From positions 62,001-126,000 of the forward strand of contig JAMDHS010000038.1 in assembly GCA_029717555.1 (NCBI GenBank): a stretch of DNA of 64,000 bases, given 5' to 3'. The notes beneath the pieces were generated by a model that saw only the letters and a list, made by a program, of their open reading frames with translations, made no database searches and was not told the origin of the DNA. Position numbers and translations under genes: made by a program. Origin of the DNA: Peribolospora baueri. Lineage: Eukaryota. Position 1 is the stretch's first letter. Every line of letters starts with the position of its first letter. This document shows positions 13,867 to 26,207 of the stretch, one piece after another.

Positions 13867-15569
13867 GCATTTTCGTCTTTCCTCTCTGTTTCACTTCCGT
13901 TCTTTCTTTTCTTTGACGTACACCGCCCGCGCGGCTTCGAGTAAGCCGCGCGCTGTCAGCGATGGCGTGCCCTTTCAACAGCGGGCTTTTTCATGGAACG
14001 TTGTCGTTTCGCTGTAGCAACAGTTTTGTCAGCCAGTCACTTCTTTTCTTGCTCGTTCGTCGCCCCTCTTCCTTTTACGCTCAGCCGAGTCGCTCCTCCT
14101 TTCATTCCTCGTCCTTTGCTCGCTGCATAGTATTCCCCACGCCCTCCTCACCTACACCTACCTGCCCGGGCTTCGTCCCCTTTCCTCGCCTTGTAGGCGA
14201 GTGAAAAATTCTCCATCTCTCTCATCCTCCCCCATCTCTCCGTTCACGGTCTCGCCTTAAAAACCACCCCATCCGCCCGGTCGTCAGCCTCCGTCGCTCG
14301 ATCGATCTATCATGTTCGTGGGTTAGATAGACCAGTCTCCCTCCGGCTTCCGTTTGTCCGTCCATCTTCGTCGCAAGTCGGAGGTCGGAGGTGAAGCTGG
14401 GCCGGCTGGGATGGAATGAACACATCAACTGTGCGTGCGTTGGCTTGGGCTGCGAGCGCTGTCGGAGTTGTGAGGGATGAAGACGAAAGGAAAGAAAGAA
14501 GAAGGCAAGGCCTTCAAGCTCGATTTGTCGGCGCCCTCCCTCGGCAAACATTCGATGGACCACCTAACAGCCGAGGGAGGGAGGCCCGCGCGCGAGCAGA
14601 AGTAGCCGGGATGGTATGGGATGGGATAGCCAGCGAAAGTAGAGTGAATGTCGTCTCTCGCCAAAGTGCAGCAGCTCAGCCCATTTTTTTTTCTTTCTTT
14701 CTTTCTTTCTCCCAACCCCAACATCAGATCAACCTGATGGATGGATGGCCTTCGTTCGTCTTTGTCACCGGCTGGCGGTGAAGCGGTGGAGGTCCATCGT
14801 CAGTCATGACTTTGCATGTCTGTAGTGTGTGCGTGTGTATGCACGTTAAACGTACCTCGCCCCCTCTCTCGTCCAGGTAGAAAAGAAAAGAAGAAATGCG
14901 CGCGGCGCATACATGCCCTAATAGATGGGTCGACCCGCGCGCGCTCACCGCGTTATCTATCTATTCCATCGTCCACGTCCGTCCGACCGACGGACAGAGA
15001 CCAAACTGGACGGGGTAAAACGAGGTCTCGTTTCAGCAGCCACGAACGAGCGCCAAAACGACAGGCAGGTCGATTTGACAGTATGCGGTTGCGGTATGCG
15101 TGCCCGCGCCCTTGGAGCCTACATCTGAGCGCTTACTAAATGCTAACAGGTAGGAACGTGAAGGAGAACGATAGCGAAGGGAGTAAAAGGGAGGGAGGGA
15201 GATGCAGGTGGAAGGTGGAGGACGGGATGGATCGGACGGGAAGACAATAATAAGTAAGGAAAGGAAGGAAAGCAAGTTAATGTCGTTCGTTGCACGTCAA
15301 CGGGAAAACGGTGATGAGAGGGAAAGGAAGGGTTGGTTGAGTAGACGGACGGACGGTATGCTTCTGCATGATCGGTCGATCGGATCGAGTGGAAGGTACG
15401 GAACGGAGACGAAAAAAAAAAAAAAAACGAATCGGAGAGAGAACTCTTCTCTCATGCCAAGCTCGATTGTCCGAAACCAATTATCCAAAGACTTTGAATG
15501 CATGGTTCCACGCCCACGCCTCTTCTCCAAAAACGACAGGTAGCTCTAAATCGCGCCCGCTTCTTCAAG

Positions 15570-18537
15570 CTAGGCCTGGTCGGAAGAGGTGTCGTGACGA
15601 CGGGCAGACTCGGCGCGGACGGCTTGGAGGCCTTGTGGAGTGAGCGTGGCCCGGCCGGTGGAGAAGTCTGGATGGAAGTACTGGGGGACGAAGCTGAGGG
15701 GACGAGCGGACGCGACGCGACGCGACGCATGACTTGGTCAGCTTCCCCCTCGTCCATCGCCGCCGGTCATTCCGCCAGAAGACCCTGGGACAAAACTCAC
15801 TCCACTCCCTTTTCCTTCCACGTCGCCGCCTTGTCCCTCTGCTTCTGCTCGATGACCTGCTTGTTCCTCGTCGCCTTGCCGTACTCCTTCGCCAGGATGG
15901 CCTCGGTCACCGGCTCCCAGTTCCGTCTGCTCTCCATGGGCTCCTGATCCGCTATCGGCCGGACACGTTTGGGGAGCGGGGACAGGTCTCCGAGGTTGAT
16001 GAGCAAGCGGGCGTCCTACAGCCGTTCGTAAGGTGAAGCCGAGGCGGGGAGAAGATGGTTCGGTCAGAGACGCCGCGACATGCTACGACCGAAAGAACGT
16101 TCCCGGAAAGCGCACCTTGTCGCCCTTCCTCTTCCACCAGATCTTGCCTCTCCAGCACCCTTCGATGGTGGCCACCACTCTCTTTTCGGGCACCTGTTTG
16201 ATCTTTGTGTACCGGGCACCCTCGTCCGGCTGCTCGTCGTCCGATGCAGAGGGGTCGTGCTCGTACGTATAGATGACGCCCTCGACGGCGTAGCGGGGGG
16301 CGCGGATCCAGGACTGGACGGAGAGAGAGGGAGAAAAGAGATGGAGAAGAAAAGGAGAGAGAAGGAGAGAAGAGAAGGAGAAGAAAAGGGGAGAGAGGGA
16401 GAAGAAGAGATGGAGAAGCAAAGAAAGACGGAGGGGAAGACGGCGGACACGACGGTGAACGTCAGTGACATGCGTCTCAAGTCGCTCAGTCAAGCGCAGA
16501 TCCAGCTCACCTCCTCCTTATACTCCACGATAGTTCGCAACCTCTCGCTCTTCTGACTCTCCTCCTCCGCAGCAGAGGGGGGGACAGCAGCGCGACAAGT
16601 GATGAACGAAGAGCCCTCGATGGCGACCCAAAGGTTTCCACGGAAGATGCCGTTGATCGTCGCGTTGGGGTGGGTGATCTGATACTCTTCGCCATGACGA
16701 GGGAGGGTGAGAAAAAGACCCTTGTTTCGGTCGCCTGGGGCGACGCGGACGTCTTGGGAAGGAGGGCAAGCAAGTCGGGAGATGAGCATCGGAAACGTCT
16801 ACAAGGGAGACTGAGGCAAACAAACGGAAAAAAAAAGCTACCCACTCGTGCCGGTAAACTTTGCGCTGATCTGGTCGACGCCGCACAGGCAGACGTCAGG
16901 CGGGCCCTCTTCTGCTTCTTCTTTGTCTCCCGCTCGGCTTCCCTCAGCGCCATCCACAACGGCCCCCTTCCCCTCCGCGTCATCCCTTCTCCTCGCCTCG
17001 CAGTAGTAAGTGCTGATGGGCGGATGATGGGAGACCTGCTCGGTGAGAAACGTGATCCTCGCCTTTTTCGGCCACTCGTTCGCCTCCGCCTTGGCGTCCT
17101 CGATCTCTTCAGGGGGCGACGAAGCGGTGGTGGGAGCGGAGGAGGCGCCTGCGTTCTTGGAAGGCGACCCGCCGTTTGTGCGACTGAGAAAGCTGCTCGC
17201 AAAGCTCTTTCCGCTTTTACTGCTCTTGCCGCTCTTCACGCTGTCCGCGTCTCCCACCGGAGAAAGCAGGGGTGTGGGCGTGGCCGAAGACGTCGTCGTG
17301 GCCGGCGCGCTGACAGAGTTCGAGCTTTGTCGGGAGGCAGAAGGTCGGGTCGGGTTTGCGGCGCCGAGACTGCTGCCAGAAGGGCTGGTAAGGTTTGCCT
17401 TGCTAGCGTTCGGACTGGCCTTTTTACCTTTGAGGCCGCTCGAGCCTTTGGCGGACAAAGAGGTAGTAGAGGAAGAAGAGCCGTTGAGGAATGGGCCGGG
17501 GTGGAGAGAATCGGGAGGTTCGCGAAGGAGGTGCTGGACGGGGAGGAGGTCGCCGGTGGGGAGGACTTGGGGCGGGAAGACATCCCAGTGACACCGGAAG
17601 TGCTCGCCTAGGATCGAGTTGTAAGGCTTGCACACTTTTCCGTGCTGCGTGGCGTGCATAATAAGCACGGCGGCGATCGATGAGCGGTGCGTCTATGTTG
17701 AGCAGGATGGGCGAAAAACAGAAAAGGCTCACCACAAACTTAAGGTCTTTGGAAAAGAAGAAGCGAAGGAGGGCGAGCATGCGCTCCAAAGGCTGTTCCG
17801 GAGTGCCGAGGCAGGCAAAGAGGTCGCCCCGGTCTGAACGAGACGAGACGAGGGAAGAGCGATGGTAGTCAGTGCGACGTCCTTCGAGGCTTTAGACATC
17901 GGACCGCATCGGGGTCGTTCGGATGGAGCGAGTCGAGCGGTGCTCACCTAGGTATTGCCAGTACTCGAGGCTGCAACGCACACGTGGCGGGGAGGATGGT
18001 CGTTTAGCTCGCGTTCGATTCGATCGCTCAGAAAGAAGAGACGAGCTCACTTGGGCTGGGGACGAGGGAAGCGAGGGTGCGCACATGGGTGCAGAGCAGA
18101 GCAAGTACGGGATGGCCAGAGGTTGTGTCATCAGTGATGCCATCGGTCGCATCGCTTCGCACATTCCGAACACTCACTACCGGCTCAAGGAGATTGGCGG
18201 GGAGAGAGAGACGTCTGACGGAGGGGTGCGCAGAGAAGAGATGCGCCCTCCGAGTTAGTCCGAATACGGGACGACGGGTGGACGGCGGCGGGCGGACTCA
18301 CATGGAGGCCATGTCCTTGACGCCGACCATCCTCTTCAAGATGCCCAAGAGCATCTTGAGCTTGCTCGTCTCATCCGTGCCACCCTCGGCGGCGGCGGCC
18401 TCCTCGTCGTCGGGCAGATTGACCGCGTCGACGGCGTCGGTCGTCAAGGCGTCTTTGGCGAGCATGGCCTCGGGCTTGTCGTTGTTGGAGAGAGAGGAGG
18501 CGACGGTGGGCGTACTGGGCGTGGCGGAGGTGGCCAT
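15570..18537 (-). CDS. Oxysterol-binding protein (OSBP/Osh family), multi-exon with a 5-nt microexon
   Basis: RLSLPANLLEPV|PN|LEYWQYL|DRGDLF...ERMLALLRFFFSKDLKF; KPYNSILGEHF; OSBP fingerprint EQVSHHPPIS; ESRRNWEPVT; KQVIEQKQR; FVPQYF; stop 15570-15572. Confidence 0.93.
18051..18055 (-). other. 5-nt coding microexon (CCCAA) of the OSBP gene
   Basis: Minus strand ccccag|CCCAA|gtgagc; supplies Pro plus 2 nt of Asn and is required to bridge a phase-0 donor to a phase-2 acceptor. Confidence 0.85.
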
Positions 18538-18620
18538 GGTGGCTGAGGGCGGGTCGTGCTGCGTGACGGACAAAGGGTAGGCTCCGGCGGAGGGAGAGAG
18601 ACAAGGGGGTGGGTCGCTAG

Positions 18621-18640
18621 CTATCTATCTATCTATCTAT
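18621..18640. repeat. (CTAT)n microsatellite in the OSBP/NIPA divergent intergenic region
   Basis: ctatctatctatctatctat read directly. Confidence 0.85.
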
Positions 18641-19691
18641 CTGTCCATCTACTACTGTATGTACTGTTCCTCAAATCGGGACGATGGCTGGCCTCGGCTT
18701 GCCTCGCTCGCCCTGCTGCTGTCTCTGGGCTCTATCCAGGTCGGTCCGGTGGGCTAGCTGGCTGGGTGTCTCGCGGGCGGCGCCGTGGTGAGGCGAGGGT
18801 GAGACTTGGTGTCGAGGGCGGAAGCGGGTGGCGTTGGGAGGACGCGGGGTGGGGGAAGAAGATGAAGAAGCGGAGAAGATGTCGATATGCCCGTGCTTGC
18901 CATCCGTCGTCTGTCTGTCCGTCGTCCGTCGCTGTCCCCCTGTGTCTCCATCGCACGGACGCAGCCACGACGCTGGCCAGCACGTGCGCACTTGCCAGCC
19001 TCGGCTCAGCCCGACTGGGTGACGCCAAGGGCGGCATTCCATATTCCATTACAGCCTTTACAGCGCGGATGTAGTCCGATGTAGCCAAATGTAATGGAAT
19101 GGGATTGATCGCAGCCCGTCGCGCGCCCCCTAATAATAGAGCCCTAATGCCCATTACGCACCTTCGTAATGCGTCGCCCAGCCGATCGCCCGCAGCAGCC
19201 GCAGTATCCCTTCCGATAACGTCGCGCCCTCGGCCGCAAACGGTAACCCTACTTTCTCTAACAATCCGCACGTGATTGCTATTTGTAGCACGTGACCCGG
19301 CTGGCCACGAGACCGACCGGCGTCCGTCGGGGCTGCGCACGGGGCGAGCGAGCGAAACACTTTCATTGACTTCATTGATCATCGACGGCGGCGACGACGA
19401 CCCACACGACCACGACCACGACCACGACTCGACTCGGCTGACTGGCTGCACTCCCACCACCTCCTCTCTCCTCTCCTTTCCTCTCTCCTCGCCCATCGTC
19501 ACCGCTTCACTCCCACCTCCAGGGGAGACGGAGAGAAAGAGAGCGAGAGCGAGCAGGAGAGCCGGAGAGCTGGCGCCGAGCGCACTGGTGTACCCAGAGT
19601 CCGCTGCCATCCGCACAGTTACACCGCGCCGGCCATTTCCTTCTTCTCCTTCATTCGTTCTCTGTCCCTTTCCAGCCGCCCGTCCCCGACC

Positions 19692-22103
19692 ATGGCGACC
19701 GCTTCCTACACGCTCCCGCTCGCCCCAACCGTCGACCCCGCCCAAATAGGCCCCACCGTCACCGTCCCAGCCTCGGTCTTGGCAGCCGCATGCTCCTCCC
19801 TCGCAAGCGCAGAGGCCGCCGCCAGTGGCTTGAACGGCCTCACCGCTGATAAATGGATCGGCCTCAGCCTCGCCATCGGCGGTAGCATGTTGATCGGCAC
19901 AAGTTTCATCATCACAAAAAAGGTCAGTCCTGTCCCCTCGCGAGCCCACCTTTCTTTTCTTCCACTCCCACCGACGCGGCCCGTTCACCTCGCTCACTAC
20001 CACCCGTCCGCCTTACAGGGTCTCATGGATGCCGCCGACCGAGACGAGGGCATGTCAGGCTCGGATGGTCACGCTTACTTGACCAGTCCCATCTGGTGGG
20101 CGGGAATGGTCACCAGTGAGTTCAGCCGTCTGTCCAGCGGCACGAACCGTCTCCAAGCGCGCCTCAAGGCTGAAAAGAAGGCCCAGGATGGTAGAGCTCG
20201 ATGGTTGACATTGTGTCCTGCTTTTCTCCGCGCGCCTTTACCAGTGGTCATCGGCGAAGGTGGGCCGACGCCACCCCCTTCCATCTGCTCGATTTCTCCG
20301 ACCGCAGACGGCCGTCGCAACTTCACTGACTTTTCTCCTCGTCCACCATCTTCGTTTCATACAGTCGCCAACTTTGCAGCATACACCTTTGCTCCTCCCA
20401 TTCTCGTCACGCCTCTCGGCGCGTTGAGCGTGCTCATCGGGTGCGTGTCCCACGTGTCGTAGCAGCCTTCTCATTCCTCACCTTGACCTCACGATCATGT
20501 TTTCTGATCGTCCATCTTTCATCTCCCCGTCCTGCCTCCAGCGCTGTCCTGGCCGCTTTCATCCTCAAAGAGGAGCTCGGACGAATAGGTAAAGTGGGCT
20601 GCATGCTCTGCCTCATCGGGACGATCATCATCGTCTTGCACGCCCCGGAGGACAAGGAGATCCATACGGTAGACGAGATTTTGCATTACGTTCTTCAATG
20701 GGGTGAGTGTGGGCGGCGCGCGCAGACCCAAGCCGGTCCCGTCCCGTCTTCCCCCGTGGGTGCCAAGCTTGAGGTGCTGACGGACCTTCACTCGCTTGTC
20801 GCTTCTCTCCGACGATAGGCTTCATGACCTACGTCATCTTTGTGGTTGCCTTCTGCACGTTTATGATCCTCCGCGTCGTCCCGGAGCACGGCAAGCGTTC
20901 CCCGATCGTGTACATCAGTATCTGCAGCCTCATCGGCAGCGTCTCCGTCATGTCCGTCAAAGGTTTCGGCGTCGCCATCAAACTCACCTTTGCTGGCAAC
21001 AACCAGCTCACCCACCCGAGCACCTACGTCTTTGCCCTCACCACCGGGCTTTGCATTCTCATGCAGATGCACTACTTCAATAAGGCACTGGACACTTTTA
21101 GCACGAATGTGTGAGTGTCGCATGCATCTGTCTCCGTTCTTTGCATCGCCTTATCGGTCTCACTCCTCGTCTTCCATCTCACAGCGTGAATCCGATCTAC
21201 TACGTCTTTTTCACGACGATGACCATTATCGCCTCAGCACTCCTCTTCAAAGGCTTCAATACGACCGGAGGCGTCAACACCACCTCCCTCCTCTGCGGCT
21301 TCCTCGTCATTTTCGTCGGCGTCTACTTGCTCAACGTCTCCCGCCTGATCGACCCTGCGGCTCAGAACATGCCGAGAGCGAGTATGATGAGTGCCCGCGC
21401 AAGCACCTCCAACTGGCATCCCAACGACCTTCGACGTGCCTCCGAGACCGGCGAGAGGCTCCTGCCGGGGGAGAACGGCTTCATGACGCCCCGGATGAGC
21501 ATGTCCGGTTCGGCGCGTGCCAGCTTCAGTCGCGACGTGTCCAGCGCTGCCGGTCCACGACGGAGCAGCATCTACCGACCAGATCACGCCCGTCGGGATT
21601 CGGCGGCCGCAGCGGCCAACGTCCTCTTCGGTACCTTTGAACGGCGCGGCTCGCCAGCGACGGTGCCAGAGGAGAGCGTGGGCCTTACGCAGCTGAACGA
21701 GGAGGAGGACGAGGTAGATGGGATGGACGGGATCCGGGACGACGACGACGACGACGACCGGTTAGGAGGAGGTTTCGCGAGGCGATCGAATCAATTCGCG
21801 CCCATCATCGGTCGTCCGCCGCGAGGAAAGGCGGCGGGAGGAGCGGGAGCGCCGAGACGAAGTACGAGCGGCGGAGGCGGCGGGGGTTTGCGGAGCGAGG
21901 CTGAGTACGGCGAGAGGGAGGGCGATTGGGTGCCCGGTGCCGGTGCCGGTGCCGGCGCTGGCGGAGGCGGAGGCGGAGGCGGAGGGGGGGGAGGGCCGTC
22001 GCGATGGAGCTCCACGCCGACGGGAGGCAGCAGGCGGAACAGTCGCGATGGTCGGTTGATGAACGGCGGCGGAGCAAAGTCTCCGGTGGGAGGAGATCGA
22101 TGA
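19692..22103 (+). CDS. NIPA-family magnesium transporter (DMT superfamily); includes 15-nt exon 20245-20259; Gly-rich disordered C-tail
   Basis: KWIGLSLAIGGSMLIGTSFIITKKG; YLTSPIWWAGM; GE|VANFAAYTFAPPILVTPLGALSVLIG; IVLHAPED; VYISICSLIGSVSVMSVKGFG; QMHYFNKALDTFST; VNPIYYVFFTT. Confidence 0.94.
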
Positions 22104-22524
22104 GCGTCTGGTTTGGGCTGGCCGTCGCGTCGGGGCCCCGCCCGCGCCCTATCCAACTGCCCGCCCATTTGTCCACCTCGTCATCCCAAGGCGCCTGTCT
22201 CCTTTCATCTGAGCCTCCCACCCTTGCTTCGACGACGATTGATATCCCGCCCTCCCATCGCTCGCTTCCATTCTCGCCCGCCGCTCTCCTGCTCTACCTT
22301 CCTTCCCCCTTCTCACTCCCGCTTTCCCTCATCACACGGTCCTCGTCGCATAATCCTCTTCGATTAGAAGCCGCCCCCTTCCCGTCTATCCCCCCTTATC
22401 TGTCGGCCCCTCGTGTCGTCCCTGCCCTGCCCACCTCATACCGCTCCCAAGGACAGCATCACGAGCATCCCTGTACCAGACAACACACATATACAGACTG
22501 AGAAGTCAGACCAGACCGGTCCGG

Positions 22525-22828
22525 TCGATCGATCGATCGATCGATCGGTCGGTCGCACCAAGTGGAAGAAAGAAAGCCGCTCAACCCTTCTTTTCGTTTT
22601 TTTTGAGGGGGGGTTGGGGAACAGAGGAAGGGGGACTTTACTTGGACCGTGAGAGGTACCTACCGAGGGAGAGCGACGTCCGGGGCAGAGTGCCATTATT
22701 TCGACCGGGAGCGTGCTCTCTCGCTCTCCTCCTACGTGGAAGGAAAATCCGATTTCACTCTCCGTCGCACCCAAACCCAAACCCAATGAACGAACGGAAT
22801 GCGGCAACGGCAACGGCAACGGCAACGG
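22525..22828. repeat. Short tandem repeats between convergent genes: (GATC)n at ~22525-22545 and (GGCAAC)n at ~22803-22828
   Basis: tcgatcgatcgatcgatcgatcg and ggcaacggcaacggcaacggcaacgg read directly. Confidence 0.8.
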
Positions 22829-22981
22829 TCTATCGCGGTTCTTCGTTCACCCAGAGAACTCCCTCCCCACCTCACGAAACACTAGCCCGTACAACATGGT
22901 TAAGTAGTACAGAAAGGGACATGGAACGAAAAGAAAGAAAGGCTCAAGAGGGCGGACAGACATGGAAAGACGGAACGGCGG

Positions 22982-25796
22982 CTACTCCAGCTCGACACCC
23001 TCTGTTCCCGACCTCGCAGCAACGCTCGCAAACGTGACCGGCGGCGTCGGCGCCAACGCCAATGCGGCCGTCGAGACGGAATTGGGGCTCGGCGCCGAGA
23101 AAAGCGAAGAAGGGCTCGTCGCAAGAGAAGATCCGTCGGCAATCGCCGCGGTGGTGCTGGGGGAGGAAAGTCGGTTTGGGGAAGACTCGGTCGTTAAGGG
23201 AAAGAGCACGGGATGAGCGGAGGAGGTGGGGGAGAGGTGGGCGCGCTGCACGTTTTGGGATGGGGAGGCGAGCGATGCCTCCGCCTCCGCCGCCGTTGTT
23301 GGTGTCGTACTGCTGATGGCCGCGGTGACGGGTCCGGGTACGGCGGGGAAGGCGAAAGAAGCGCCTAGATGGGGAGACACGCTCAAGCGGGGCGAGGAAG
23401 CAGAAGTGGGGGCGGGAGCAGAAGGCGATGCGGAGGCGGCAGAGGAGAAGAATGGAAAATTGTATGCTGACGGCGTCGCCGTGGACGGCCCGGTAAGCGC
23501 AGGAATTCTTCGCGGCGACCGAGTCGGCGGCGCCACCAACGCCGCTGACGTCTCGGGGGAGAGTGGAAACGGGTGAGAATGGCGCCGCTCGGAAAGAAAG
23601 TCGTAGTTCGTCAGCGTCGGACCTCCCAGTTGACCGCCTGGACCTGCGCCAGGTCCGAAGTGGGTAGCGACCGCGCTAGAAGCCATGCTAGATGTGTTAG
23701 AAGGAAATAGATGAAAGCCGTTGGTCATGGTATCCTGGCCGCTGCCGCCTCCTCCGAAGGGCATGTTCGGTCGAATGCCGCCAGGCACAGAGGGGAGCTG
23801 AGCAGGCTTGCCGATCGGCGTCGCCCCAGGACCTCCGCTTGGGCCGTTTGGGCCACCAGGGCGAAAAGGCAGGGCAGTTCCGGGTTGGAAGGGTCGGAAA
23901 GTTTGCGATGCAGCCCCGGGGCCTCCAGGAGGCAGGAAAGGGGGCGCAGACCGTTGCGCCTGTATCGCGTTCATGTTCGCGTTCGGCGGCATCGGCGGTT
24001 GCGGCTGGAAAGGCATCGTGCCGGCCCCTGCTCTTGGCCCTCCCGGTCCCGCTGGCGGGAGCGGGGGCACAGGTGGCCGGACCTGTTGTTGTTGGTCGAC
24101 GAGGAGGTAGTGATGAGGGTACTGGGCGTGATGGTCGAAGTTTCTCAAAATCTCCTCTGGTGGCGGGTTCAACGTTCGATCCACTTCCTTCTCCAGCTCG
24201 GACACCTGTTTCTCCAGCCCCCCCACGACGTCCTTATCCAGCTTGTCCTTCCTGCTCGTCAGCTTGTCCAACTTGGTCGTGAGCGAGGCCAGTTCGTGCT
24301 CAAGTTCTGCGATCGCCTTGTCGTTCGTGCCGACGACCTCGGCGGCATCGGCGTCCGATTTGGTGAGCTCCTCCTTCACAGTGTCGAACAGCTTCTGCTT
24401 GTCGTTCTCCCGCTCCACCCACTCGTCCCGCTCCCTCTCCACCTCATCCGCCTCCTCGTCTGCCTGCTCAGCGTGGGCGCCCGCCTGTCGGATGCTCTCC
24501 TGCAACGCAAGCACCTTTTGCTTGCTCCGGTGATCCGCCCCGCTCATACGCCCGAGACTACGTTTGATGGCCTCGATCTCGGAGCGCAACGCGCTCTCCG
24601 CACGAGAGGCCGCCTTGCGAGCCTTTTTGAGCTGCGCCGTGAGCTGATTTTTAATCTCATCCAGCGCCTTCAGCTCCGCTTCGAGCGCCGTCTGACGATC
24701 AGGGAGCGAAAGAGGGGCCGGTAGTCGAGCGGGCAAAGCCGACGGCGATTGGCTCGGTGACGCTGGCATGGACCCAGGCGGGGAGGAAACCGGGGACGAG
24801 TGCGCGTGGCGGAGATCGAGCGCGAGGTGGGTCGAGACGACGCCGGGCAAATCAAATGAAGTGGTGAGCAAGGTGTCGTCTGATGTTCTTGCTGGTTCAG
24901 AATTGGGCTGCGAAGATAAGCTCGCTGGAGAGGCGAAACAGGGAACGAGAGGCAAAAATACGCACACACAGGGCATAGCCGATTGAGATCAACGTTCGTA
25001 AGACGGGCGCCGTGACGGACTCACCTCGATTGCCGTCCGTCCATATCCTGCCCGCCTCAAACATCTCTACCCCATTGCCGACCTTCATCTCCATCTCGTA
25101 TTCCCTTCCAGGAAGCAGACCGTACACGACGATGACGGCCTCGTCCGTCCCCCTCTCTCCGAGAACAACGTGTTGCCATGGCAAACCGTTGACGGTGATG
25201 CTGACACCCGACTCGAATATCTGAGCGATCCTGCTCTCCGATGAACCCCCGGCATTGTCCTTGGTGTGCTCGCTGAGGGGGGAGGAGGGAGGCGGAGGGT
25301 ATGAGTCGACGCCAAGCTCCTGTGCGGCGTCGTCGACCGCTGTGATAGACGAAGAGGCAGACTCGGATGATGGCCATCGTTCAAGCTCGTCCACAGGCCC
25401 TGCGCCGGACGATGTCGACGCTGCCGCTGCTCCTGAAATCTCTTCGTTGGCTTGACCAGCAAGCGCCTTGTTCGTGCTGTCAAAGCGGTTGAACCGGCGG
25501 TTCATTCTCGTCAGTCTCCACTTCTTTGCCGGCTTGGTGTCGGCGGTCGAAGGGGACGGCGGCTGCTGTTTTGCGGGCTGCAGGTGGTCCTTGTTGTACT
25601 GGGAGGAGGTGGTGGCTACCCTTGCCCCGGGGGCCTCGACGACGGAGCGGTAGTGCGAAGGGCAGAGGGACCACCGCAGGGTGACGCTAACCGAGGAGAC
25701 CTCTGCGACTTCAAGACGAAATGGTTGCAGATCGCGCCACGCCGGCCGTCGGAACACGCCGGGGGGAGAGGAGAAGGGGGAGGCGGGGGCGGACAT
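22982..25796 (-). CDS. Uncharacterised protein: FN3-like beta-strand N-terminal region, long coiled coil, Pro/Gly-rich tail (architecture reminiscent of AcrB-like fungal proteins); intron 24925-25024
   Basis: Two long ORFs joined in frame by a GTGAGT..CAG intron; LEVAEVSSVSVTLRW and ITVNGLPW...VIVVYGLLPGREYEMEM resemble FN3 strands; heptad-rich segment LEAELKALDEIKNQL...LEKQVSELEKEV. Start codon and function are uncertain. Confidence 0.7.
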
Positions 25797-26207
25797 GACG
25801 AGGAGAGAAGGCCAGTCAACCTGGTCAAGTCGATCGGCCCGGTCAATCAGCTGGTCAATCAGCTGGTCAGTCAGCCCGGTCGGTGAACGTCGTCGTCCGC
25901 GGTGAACGAGGTGGGCCAAGATGGTCAAGAAGGAAACCCATTGTCATCCTCGCAGCCGCACCGGATCGACGGACGTAGGCGGACATGGCGGCGAAAAGCA
26001 GAGAGACGCGCGTTCTGACCGCTCCGATCAGATCGCTTGAGCGTCGAGTCGACTTTGGCCCAGGACGGCGACGGACGGCGTGAGCACTTCTTCGTCTTAT
26101 CACCACCATCATCAGCCTCGAGCATCCCTCTCCTCTCGCCTCTTGCCCCTCTCGAATAGATATTGTCTTCGCCCGCCCGCTTGCTCGTCTGAAGGCTTTC
26201 GACCGTC

